A stretch of 64,000 nucleotides of DNA from a virus. Its lineage: Duplodnaviria > Caudoviricetes. Position 1 is the stretch's first letter. The number at the start of each line of letters is the position of its first letter. The stretch covers positions 1 to 64,000 of the IMG/VR virus record IMGVR_UViG_3300012007_000014. One strand, written 5' to 3'. Of the stretch, positions 37,312-44,848 are shown in pieces. The notes below the pieces were generated by a model. The model ran no database searches and was not told the origin of the DNA. It saw only the letters and a list, made by a program, of their open reading frames with translations. The position numbers and the translations under genes were made by a program.

Positions 37312-37497
37312 TCAGTAGTCCCAGCTTCCGTCTTCTACAAAGTGATCTCTTATCTTTTTGTATGCAATGTACGTAATTAAACCTTCATCAAGAGCCTTTC
37401 CAAATACATATTTCTTCGACATAGCCTCCTGACTCGGATTGTAAATCACGTTCAATGCTTCATACAATGTAAACCAAGGATCATTATTGTTTCTCAT
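37312..37497 (-). CDS. Hypothetical protein
   Basis: AAAGGAG RBS; own promoter motif. Confidence 0.6.
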   Translation of the reverse strand: MRNNNDPWFTLYEALNVIYNPSQEAMSKKYVFGKALDEGLITYIAYKKIRDHFVEDGSWDY

Positions 37498-37521
37498 AAC
37501 TTAAACTCCTTTCTGACCTCC

Positions 37522-37549
37522 GTCATTATAGGGGTTGCATATTTCGCGA
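37522..37549 (-). promoter_or_regulatory. Repeated phage promoter-like motif
   Basis: TCGC-GAAATATG-CA-ACCCCT-ATAATGAC. Confidence 0.7.
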
Positions 37550-37557
37550 AAAAAGAC

Positions 37558-37592
37558 AAGAGCCTCAGAACAATTTGTTCCAAGACTCTCTC
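37558..37592 (-). terminator. Hairpin family member directly upstream of a promoter motif
   Basis: GAGTCTTGGAACA-AAT-TGTTCTGAGGCTC plus T-tract. Confidence 0.7.
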
Positions 37593-37595
37593 TTG

Positions 37596-37871
37596 TTAGA
37601 TACAGGAACGGTCATCTATTAAACCAATTTCATGGCATATTTCATCATATGTATAGTATTTATCTGTTTTTGGATTAATTTCGCACATAAGATGCCACAC
37701 TTCATCCTCCATTTTATTCAAATAAATTAATGGATCAACACCGTCGGGGAGACCAAAATATCTATTAATTTCCTCGTTGGTGTAATAATCGCCTGTCTTT
37801 GGATTTGTGTTACATTCCATAATAATTGCCAAATTCTTCATCGATAACAAAACACCAAATATACTCCACAT
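37596..37871 (-). CDS. Small protein with two NPKT(G/D)..YT..EI modules
   Basis: TNPKTGDYYTNEEINRYFG and EINPKTDKYYTYDEICHEIG; AGGAGGT RBS. Confidence 0.7.
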   Translation of the reverse strand: MWSIFGVLLSMKNLAIIMECNTNPKTGDYYTNEEINRYFGLPDGVDPLIYLNKMEDEVWHLMCEINPKTDKYYTYDEICHEIGLIDDRSCI

Positions 37872-37914
37872 AATATTATTACCTCCTATAAAAATGTATT
37901 GAGGACCATTCCTC

Positions 37915-37942
37915 TTCATAAGAGTTCATGAAAAATTAACGA
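37915..37942 (-). promoter_or_regulatory. Repeated phage promoter-like motif
   Basis: TCGT-TAATTTTT-CA-TGAACT-CTTATGAA. Confidence 0.6.
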
Positions 37943-38123
37943 AATATAAATAAAAAGAGCCTCAGCAAAAATGCTATTTCTCTTAATGGATTATAGCATT
38001 TTTCATATTCATCGCTTTCTGCGTAGTCTATCAGCATACAAGCCGTATGAAACGCCCCGAAAACAAATAATACTGCATAGACAATTAATAACAAAGTTTT
38101 TAATATCATAACTTTTCTCCTCC

Positions 38124-38402
38124 TTAATAACTAAACGGCCGATACCCCGTAACTAAATATGTCACAAGTTCCACAATATGTTCCGGCAGTCCACGCTTTT
38201 CATAGTAATATGCAATGGAATCGTACTCCATGTGTCTGTCCATATCACGCTGATCCATATAAAGCTCAAAAGATTCAAAGCTTCCAAAATCGTTTGGATC
38301 AAGTTGGTTAAACTCCTCGTTCCAACACTCTAAATGTTCCATAAGCTCATTCTTAAGCATGCGATAACCAATAAGATTTTCTCTGGTGGCGATAGCGGTC
38401 AT
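38124..38402 (-). CDS. Acidic hypothetical protein
   Basis: GGAGGATTATTATG start context. Confidence 0.65.
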   Translation of the reverse strand: MTAIATRENLIGYRMLKNELMEHLECWNEEFNQLDPNDFGSFESFELYMDQRDMDRHMEYDSIAYYYEKRGLPEHIVELVTYLVTGYRPFSY

Positions 38403-38560
38403 AATAATCCTCCATTCTCTTCATACGAGTTAATCTGATCAAACCATCCTGCATGATCAAAGACATCCCGATCTATTGATTGCATTTCGTCATTCCACTT
38501 CTTATAAAGATCCGAAAACTCTTTCTTAAATTCTTCTTCATTCATCATAATAATTGTCAT
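38399..38560 (-). CDS. Small acidic protein (53 aa, not in ORF track)
   Basis: GGAGGATTATTATG start context; ATGA overlap downstream. Confidence 0.55.
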   Translation of the reverse strand: MTIIMMNEEEFKKEFSDLYKKWNDEMQSIDRDVFDHAGWFDQINSYEENGGLL

Positions 38561-38818
38561 AATAATCCTCCTTCTTTTAATTCAGCAATAACTTTACGGG
38601 TAACGTCTTCTGTCACTCCGATTCTTTTATAACACCAACAAATATTACCAATTTCAATCTTTTTACTTATACGAATATCATCTAACCATGCTTTATGGCT
38701 TTTAAAACATCTTTCTTCATTAATTTGGCTCTAGCATCCCAATCCTCTATAGCTTTTAAAACATCTTTCTTCATTAACTCTTCAAGTTTTTCTCCAGCCA
38801 TAATAATCCTCCTACTAT

Positions 38819-39148
38819 TTACTTGTGACTTTCTAAAAGGTGCCACTTATGAATTAGAATGCCAACAGCATCATAAAATTCATCTTCGAAAATATCTTTG
38901 AAGATGATCTTACTGTTATTAATTTTAATAATTGCGAGTAAATAGTTATCACCACAAATATTCATTCTCAAACAAATTTCATCTGAGTTCACAATAACAT
39001 CGGTTTTTACAGCATTCGACAGTCCAAGTCCTTTAATAATTCCATTGATCCTCTCTAAGACTGATACATAATTCATTGCATCAGTTTCCTTTCCATCTGT
39101 CAGGAATACATTGCAACAAAAAGTTAGTTCGTCTTTCATATCATGCAT
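38819..39148 (-). CDS. Hypothetical protein
   Basis: AGGAGGT RBS. Confidence 0.6.
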   Translation of the reverse strand: MHDMKDELTFCCNVFLTDGKETDAMNYVSVLERINGIIKGLGLSNAVKTDVIVNSDEICLRMNICGDNYLLAIIKINNSKIIFKDIFEDEFYDAVGILIHKWHLLESHK

Positions 39149-39376
39149 AACAAACCTCCTAAGAATAAAATGAAAACAAAAAGAAAAATTATATGAAAAG
39201 AAATCTTGTAAAGCTACCTCTAGGGTCCGCCGAGTATCGTCCGATCTAATATAAATGACCTTTCTTCAGGCTGTGCTCCATGTACGCTGTTAAGCCATAC
39301 TGTCCCTTCAATTAATCCTCTCATCTTTACAATGCCTTTTTCAATTAGGATCTAGTTTACTACCTAATCCTTTCTC

Positions 39377-39404
39377 TTCATTATATGAGATGTATTTTTC
39401 GCGA
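39377..39404 (-). promoter_or_regulatory. Repeated phage promoter-like motif
   Basis: TCGC-GAAAAATA-CA-TCTCAT-ATAATGAA, preceded by terminator hairpin GAGTCCTAACAAGGGCTC. Confidence 0.75.
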
Positions 39405-39623
39405 AATATAAAAAGAAGAGCCCTTGTTAGGACTCCTCCTTTACTTCATAACTAACTTTCACTACTTTTTCACCATCAATTCCGTCAACAATACTGATTT
39501 CATATTTTACATTTTCACTATTAAGTTCAGCAATCTTTTTTGCCAAATCAATAGCGTTTGTGTAAATACTTGAATACTTCATAGTTTTCTCCTTAATAGT
39601 AACTTAATAGTAATTCAATAGTT

Positions 39624-39651
39624 TCTATTATAGTCCTTGTTTTTCTTGTGA
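39624..39651 (-). promoter_or_regulatory. Repeated phage promoter-like motif
   Basis: TCAC-AAGAAAAA-CA-AGGACT-ATAATAGA. Confidence 0.6.
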
Positions 39652-39660
39652 ATTTAAAAA

Positions 39661-39692
39661 TAGAAGTCTCAGAATTTCTTCCAAGACTTCTA
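39661..39692 (-). terminator. Hairpin family member (14-bp stem, GAAA loop)
   Basis: TAGAAGTCTTGGAA-GAAA-TTCTGAGACTTCTA plus T-tract. Confidence 0.7.
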
Positions 39693-39702
39693 ATCTTAAA
39701 CC

Positions 39703-40101
39703 TCATCTGCAAATCTTTTTAGCTTTGTCATTAGCTGGTACAACTGTTATAAATACACTTGAATCTGTACTTATTAGATCACCAATAATATCTCCATTTT
39801 CATCTGAATGCAGTTTATAGATTCTATCGTGTATAGTTGACAAAACTTCATTCTGCTTTTTGCAAATATACTTCATGTACTCCGAATTTGGATTGGATCT
39901 ATCCTCAATAATACCAGGATACATCTCATCAAATTCTTTATTCCATTCATCATATTTGTCATTTAAAGCATCACAAGCTTTATTTCTAACATCAACAAAA
40001 TGTCTATTTGCTACATCCCTATAAACCTCGCTTAAACTAGCAATCTGTTCAATATCTTTTCCAGACCAATTAAAATGTACGTTAAATAACATATCTTCCA
40101 T
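39703..40101 (-). CDS. Hypothetical protein
   Basis: AGGAGGAG RBS; own promoter motif. Confidence 0.65.
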   Translation of the reverse strand: MEDMLFNVHFNWSGKDIEQIASLSEVYRDVANRHFVDVRNKACDALNDKYDEWNKEFDEMYPGIIEDRSNPNSEYMKYICKKQNEVLSTIHDRIYKLHSDENGDIIGDLISTDSSVFITVVPANDKAKKICR

Positions 40102-40135
40102 AATAACTCCTCCTTAAAAATATAAGTTAAAGGTT

Positions 40136-40163
40136 TCTATTATAGGAGTTGTTTTTCTTGCGA
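40136..40163 (-). promoter_or_regulatory. Repeated phage promoter-like motif
   Basis: TCGC-AAGAAAAA-CA-ACTCCT-ATAATAGA. Confidence 0.7.
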
Positions 40164-40196
40164 AATAAAAGGAAAGAGAGGGAATGAAAATATCCA

Positions 40197-40538
40197 TTAT
40201 AATGATTTCAGTCTTTGTTCCTCTTTGAAACTTGCGAATTTCATCGCAAGATTTCCTAAGTCCAACAGCATCCGCGGATCAACATTGTCTACGCTTCCGT
40301 CACAGATCCATCCATCATCTTCATCCCATACGTATGAATACGTTCTTTCCTCAAACACCTTGTAAGTATTTGGAGTAGCCTCGAATTCAACGTAGTAATA
40401 GAATTTGTTGAACTGATCTAATACTTCTTCAGCCATAAAGTTGACATCCGTATATGTTGTCATTGGTTCATCAACCAATCTTACTCTGTACTCAACAATT
40501 TCAAGATTGTACTGTTTCTTAATCTCATCAATAGTCAT
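40197..40538 (-). CDS. Acidic hypothetical protein
   Basis: AAAGGAG RBS; own promoter motif. Confidence 0.65.
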   Translation of the reverse strand: MTIDEIKKQYNLEIVEYRVRLVDEPMTTYTDVNFMAEEVLDQFNKFYYYVEFEATPNTYKVFEERTYSYVWDEDDGWICDGSVDNVDPRMLLDLGNLAMKFASFKEEQRLKSL

Positions 40539-40557
40539 TTAATTCTCCTTTCTCCCT

Positions 40558-40585
40558 CTCATTAGAAGACATGAAATAATTACGA
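40558..40585 (-). promoter_or_regulatory. Repeated phage promoter-like motif
   Basis: TCGT-AATTATTT-CA-TGTCTT-CTAATGAG. Confidence 0.65.
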
Positions 40586-40613
40586 AAAAAAAAGAAAGAG
40601 TACCTGACTTTCA

Positions 40614-40835
40614 TCAAGCACTCATCCTTTTCATCTTTTGATACAGTGGGAACAGTAAACTCCCTTTCTCAAACATTTCCGAAAAGCATTTGTAACTATT
40701 ATCTACTTCAGGTTCTTGAAGGAATCTAACTGCATGACTAAGTGAATCAATATAGTCACGCCCTTGGATCTCTTCTAGATCGATTAGTTCAACAACCGCT
40801 AGCTGTGCTTCTCTAAGTTCATCAAGTGTATACAT
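40614..40835 (-). CDS. Hypothetical protein
   Basis: GGAGGTG RBS directly after a promoter motif. Confidence 0.65.
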   Translation of the reverse strand: MYTLDELREAQLAVVELIDLEEIQGRDYIDSLSHAVRFLQEPEVDNSYKCFSEMFEKGSLLFPLYQKMKRMSA

Positions 40836-40847
40836 TCTCTCACCTCC

Positions 40848-40875
40848 TCATTAGAGGGGATGAAAATTTCGTTAT
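40848..40875 (-). promoter_or_regulatory. Repeated phage promoter-like motif (degenerate upstream half)
   Basis: TAAC-GAAATTTT-CA-TCCCCT-CTAATGAG then GAGG. Confidence 0.45.
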
Positions 40876-41009
40876 CTTACTTTGTCGAGTAAATAGAAGA
40901 ATGCTCGATATGGAAGATTCAGAACAGCATAGGATTTTCCCTCTGTAACCGCTTTGAAGAGGTACTTTTCAATGTCTCCACCAGCTTTCTTGCAGCAGTC
41001 CTCGATCAT
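40872..41009 (-). pseudogene. Possible C-terminal remnant of a conserved phage gene (45 aa)
   Basis: MIEDCCKKAGGDIEKYLFKAVTEGKSY...RAFFYLLDK resembles the C-terminal half of a gene recalled from related phages; no clear RBS. Confidence 0.35.
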
Positions 41010-41218
41010 ACTCTTACAATGCCCTAAAATGGCCAAATTTGCCGCTTTTTCGCCCACTTTATCGCTTGGGTGTGTACTTGTTCCAATGGATACAAAACCG
41101 CCTAAAAACGGCCATTTTTTGCGTTCTAGGGGTATTCTACGTTTGTACTCATTTGTCATGCAAAAAATGAAAGGCCATGAGTTTTGGACGAGAAATATCC
41201 TCTCCAGCCTCCTATAAA

Positions 41219-41291
41219 CAGTCCTGGTTCGATTTGAACGAACGATCACGGAGTCAAATTCCGTTGCCTTACCGACCTTGGCTACAGGACT
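41219..41291 (-). tRNA. trnQ: tRNA-Gln (anticodon UUG), no encoded CCA
   Basis: AGTCCTG/CAGGACT acceptor stem; D arm GCC-AAGGTCGGTAA-GGC; anticodon arm ACGGA-ATTTGAC-TCCGT; T arm GTTCG-TTCAAAT-CGAAC; discriminator G; 73 nt. Confidence 0.92.
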
Positions 41292-41293
41292 AG

Positions 41294-41346
41294 AAATAAA
41301 AAATCCCACATGACCTAGCATCAATCTGACACCAAATCATGTGGGA
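41294..41346 (-). terminator. Intrinsic terminator of the tail operon
   Basis: Perfect 10-bp inverted repeat TCCCACATGA/TCATGTGGGA (41304-41313, 41337-41346) followed by TTTTTTATTT. Confidence 0.75.
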
Positions 41347-41354
41347 AATTCACT

Positions 41355-41702
41355 TTATCTGGATAGCTTCTTCCTTGCAATCTCTTCTGCTTTGTCAAGC
41401 TCTTCCCTTGTAATTGTAGGAGCGATGATCTGAGGTTCCAACTTGTTAATCTCATCTCTCCACTCCTGACGCTGCTTTCTTATAGGAGCATACTCTTCTT
41501 CTGAGAGTGCACCATCAGAGAACTTGATTGCCTTATAATCGGTTTTCTCAAGAAGTCTCTTTAGCTCTTTGACCTTCTTTTTACATTCCACACTATTTGT
41601 GTCCTCATAATCAAGAGCTACCTCAAAATCACCATCGTCAATAATAATACCATTCACCATAACATAACCAGGTAGAATGTTTCCATGTCTGTCGATTAGC
41701 AT
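41355..41702 (-). CDS. Tail-fibre-assembly/chaperone-like small protein
   Basis: ELK.LL..TDYKAIK...G.LSEEEY...R.QRQ.WRDEIN.LE motif; AGGAGG RBS. Confidence 0.6.
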   Translation of the reverse strand: MLIDRHGNILPGYVMVNGIIIDDGDFEVALDYEDTNSVECKKKVKELKRLLEKTDYKAIKFSDGALSEEEYAPIRKQRQEWRDEINKLEPQIIAPTITREELDKAEEIARKKLSR

Positions 41703-41713
41703 ATAGATCCTCC

Positions 41714-44083
41714 TTAAACGACCTCTGACCACTCTTTGGTACCTGTAATTGCAAGACCATCAATGAACTGAATCTGGTTACCTCCAACTTTAAGATAAAC
41801 AGGAAGAGTACAATAGACGTCGCATTCGCTCTTATCAACACCTTTGAGTGCAATCTCTGTGGTATGCTGACTGCCGCTTCCATCATTCATGTTCTTTTCA
41901 ACAGAAGTTACAACACTGAAACCATCGTTCCTTGTATCGTTAACTTGTGCTGCACCAGTACCAAAACTCTTTCCCACAACTTGAAGCTTTGGAGTACGAA
42001 TAACGATTCCTTCCTTTGCATCGAAAAGCATCTTGGCATTTGGACCAGACCCATTGATCATATCAATAACGTTCACTAGTTCATTTCCACTCATACCTTT
42101 AATTGCAGACGTGAGACCTTCAATCACGACACGAAGTCCAGTAGAAGCGGTCTGCATGGTAATTGCAGTAAGGAGACCTGTTGTAATCCAGTTGGCAGAG
42201 AATGTTCCGTCAATGGTCCAAGCAGAAGTAAACGGTCCTTGATATCCTGTCTGTGAAAATGCAATGCCATTCTTGTTAAGTCTAATAACATTTTTTGCTT
42301 TGGTGTAATCGGACTCGTCCATAATAAGAAGCTCTTCTGGAAGGTTGTTCTTATCATAGCGAAACTTAACATACCCGCCAAGTCCACCAGTAATCATCTC
42401 TGCTTGCCTTTGAATAACTTCTCGAAGATCCTGAGAGACACCACTTGATGCTTCCTTGATTGTATTAGACTGATTTGCAATTGTTCCAGATAGATCTCTT
42501 GTCTTGTTTTTATTCCAATTGGAGTCTACTTCAATGGAGTCATAACGATTGAGAAGTGTATTATAGACAGTTTTTGTTACCTTGGCACTTGTATGAACTC
42601 CTAATTTTTCAAATATCACAGTAACGGTATCACAAAGTTTTACAGACTCAATTGGATAAAGATCTTTGTATTCCTCTGTCTCCCATAACGGTTGATAGGA
42701 TACGGTCATGGATACTTCAGGAACACCAAAATCATGGTCATTCATATACTTGGTTGATAATCTATCAATATCTGATACCAGAGGAATTGTGTTCTGTTCT
42801 ATCTCGTATGTTGATCCGTTGTATCTCCAAACATAGTTCTTAATTTCGTTCGTCGCATCTTGTGTAAGTTTGTAGAACTGGAAACTAGATCCATTCCAAG
42901 TATAAAGGCCTTTATAGTTTGTGTAATCTGATTCTTCACCAGATTGCCTTACATAATAGCTTCCATTCCAAATATAAACGGTATTTGTGTCTTTAGACTG
43001 ATCCACATAATAGACATTAAGTCTTGGCGTAATGAATGTATCATGAGAGGAATCTGTATAAAAACTATTGCCTTGAATATAACCTCTTTGAAGTGTATTT
43101 CCATCGGAATAATACTTATAAAGTTCAGGACTGATTTGTTTCTTATTGTCAGAGTCTGTGAAGAAACTAGAACCATTAAAATATCCAGTAATGATTGTTC
43201 CAGAGTCTTCGTAGTAGTTGTTCTTTATTACAAGAACGCCTTCTTTATGCTCAGAGTCTTTGTAGAAGTTTTGCCCAACCCGATATCCTTTCATTACGGT
43301 ATCATTAAAATCAGAAGAACAGTTGTAAATATAAGTTCTGATGTAGGGGAATTTATCTGCATTGGCGCATTTAATGATAGACCCTTCAATCTTTCGTTCT
43401 GGTGTTGAAGCCTCTGCATCTGCTTTGTAATATCCAAAGATTGCAGTATAAGTCTTCTCAATATTCTCTTCTTCTTTCAAATCCGTTAGGTTCTTTCCAT
43501 AACGAATTGCTACTCCATTGTCTCTCCCTCTACTAGAGAGAATAGAAACATTAAAATCATCCCATTTTACTTCTCCGCCATACGTATCAAGGAATCCTTT
43601 GTCTCCACCAATTGCAGATCGAACTGATACGGGAGCATCAATACCAAAGGTAAGAGCTGCTGAAGAAATATCAGTAGAGAATTTGTAAGGACAAGATGGA
43701 TCTTTAATTGCAGAAGTAATTGCAGATAAAGAAGACTTGGCAGATCTTTGTGCTGATGGAACAAATCCAACTGGGGTGTAAGAAAGTCTGTAAGAATTAT
43801 GTCTTGCGGAAACCGTAACCTTACCATTCAATGGCTTAGATACCTTGTAAATGCGAAACGGCTGGTTTACATGATCGTCATTTGTTCCTTCAAACGCCTT
43901 GGCATAAATAATATTGTCATTGAGTAAATATTTAAAGAGAGGCCCGGAAACAGGGTATTGCATTTCAAGTTCATATTCACCGTTTCGTTCCTCTGTTACT
44001 TTACAGCTAATTGCCTCTGATAATCTGCCAAGACCATTTGTAGTCCAAGTAGTAGCAGATTTGTCAAATAGAATTGGAATCAT
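41714..44083 (-). CDS. Tail-associated/baseplate hub protein (Tal, prophage endopeptidase tail family) with Tyr-rich repeat insertion
   Basis: GLGRLSEAISC.VTEERNGEYELEM.YP, QPFRIY, WDDFNV...RG.DNGV.IRYGKNL, V.LCDTVTV; follows Dit. Confidence 0.85.
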   Translation of the reverse strand: MIPILFDKSATTWTTNGLGRLSEAISCKVTEERNGEYELEMQYPVSGPLFKYLLNDNIIYAKAFEGTNDDHVNQPFRIYKVSKPLNGKVTVSARHNSYRLSYTPVGFVPSAQRSAKSSLSAITSAIKDPSCPYKFSTDISSAALTFGIDAPVSVRSAIGGDKGFLDTYGGEVKWDDFNVSILSSRGRDNGVAIRYGKNLTDLKEEENIEKTYTAIFGYYKADAEASTPERKIEGSIIKCANADKFPYIRTYIYNCSSDFNDTVMKGYRVGQNFYKDSEHKEGVLVIKNNYYEDSGTIITGYFNGSSFFTDSDNKKQISPELYKYYSDGNTLQRGYIQGNSFYTDSSHDTFITPRLNVYYVDQSKDTNTVYIWNGSYYVRQSGEESDYTNYKGLYTWNGSSFQFYKLTQDATNEIKNYVWRYNGSTYEIEQNTIPLVSDIDRLSTKYMNDHDFGVPEVSMTVSYQPLWETEEYKDLYPIESVKLCDTVTVIFEKLGVHTSAKVTKTVYNTLLNRYDSIEVDSNWNKNKTRDLSGTIANQSNTIKEASSGVSQDLREVIQRQAEMITGGLGGYVKFRYDKNNLPEELLIMDESDYTKAKNVIRLNKNGIAFSQTGYQGPFTSAWTIDGTFSANWITTGLLTAITMQTASTGLRVVIEGLTSAIKGMSGNELVNVIDMINGSGPNAKMLFDAKEGIVIRTPKLQVVGKSFGTGAAQVNDTRNDGFSVVTSVEKNMNDGSGSQHTTEIALKGVDKSECDVYCTLPVYLKVGGNQIQFIDGLAITGTKEWSEVV

Positions 44084-44848
44084 TTATAACCTCCACCACC
44101 TTGGAATGATAGATAACTTTGTAATAGAATCTGAATAGGAAATCACATTCTTTTTTCCAAGATACATTTTATCGAGTCCAGATGGAAGTGAAAATGTGGA
44201 TTTGGAATTGAGATTTTCTGTTCCGTGATAGACATTCATCATGTCGCAATCAACAGTTGCATCAGACTCTACTGTTACCAAAAATGTTCCATCTTCATTT
44301 TGAATAGTAACTGTTCCTTTTCCTTCAATCATAATTATTGGAAAGGCGATAAAAGAAGTAGGATTGAATAATGTAAGCCCTTTTTCAATTATCACAGGAA
44401 TTTCTCCATACTTCAGGAATCTCTGTGGTTTACAATTAAACTTAATATTCACCATTCCTGCTTCCAACGAATCTATCATTGACGGACTAAAATCTTGTGA
44501 AATATAAGCCATTCTGTATTCGTCTGGATGCCAAGTATCTTCCAGCCTTTTGTAACCGATTGGACCAAACAGCCATTCTCTTACTGCTGCAAGTCTTTGA
44601 TCCATATCAAATGGATACCATTCTTCTGGAATAAAGCCTACACCATCGTAAGTAACATCGGTGTCATCATAGTATCCCTTGTCAATTAGCAAAGATCCAT
44701 TTCTTCCTGGAATTTGAACAGTATCATAAGCCCTTTTGGGAGCACCATAGGTACCCCCGCCAGAGCAAATAAGGCGAAAATCAGAAGAGGCTTTTCCATT
44801 AAATATAAAACACTTTTCCGTGAGCAAATCTCCAATATTTAAGCCCAT
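44084..44848 (-). CDS. Distal tail protein (Dit)
   Basis: FIFNG..SSDF...PKR.Y..V.IPGRNG.L..D.G.Y..; FNCKPQRF; follows TMP. Confidence 0.85.
   Translation of the reverse strand: MGLNIGDLLTEKCFIFNGKASSDFRLICSGGGTYGAPKRAYDTVQIPGRNGSLLIDKGYYDDTDVTYDGVGFIPEEWYPFDMDQRLAAVREWLFGPIGYKRLEDTWHPDEYRMAYISQDFSPSMIDSLEAGMVNIKFNCKPQRFLKYGEIPVIIEKGLTLFNPTSFIAFPIIMIEGKGTVTIQNEDGTFLVTVESDATVDCDMMNVYHGTENLNSKSTFSLPSGLDKMYLGKKNVISYSDSITKLSIIPRWWRL

Noticed and set aside
38698-38777. 26-bp direct repeat GCTTTTAAAACATCTTTCTTCATTAA (38698 and 38752)
   Set aside because: Explained as an internal duplication (LMKKDV.KAI twice) in a ~40-aa ORF
40872-41324. 150-aa minus-strand ORF in the track
   Set aside because: Its 5' part runs through the tRNA-Gln and the terminator; only the last 45 codons look protein-like
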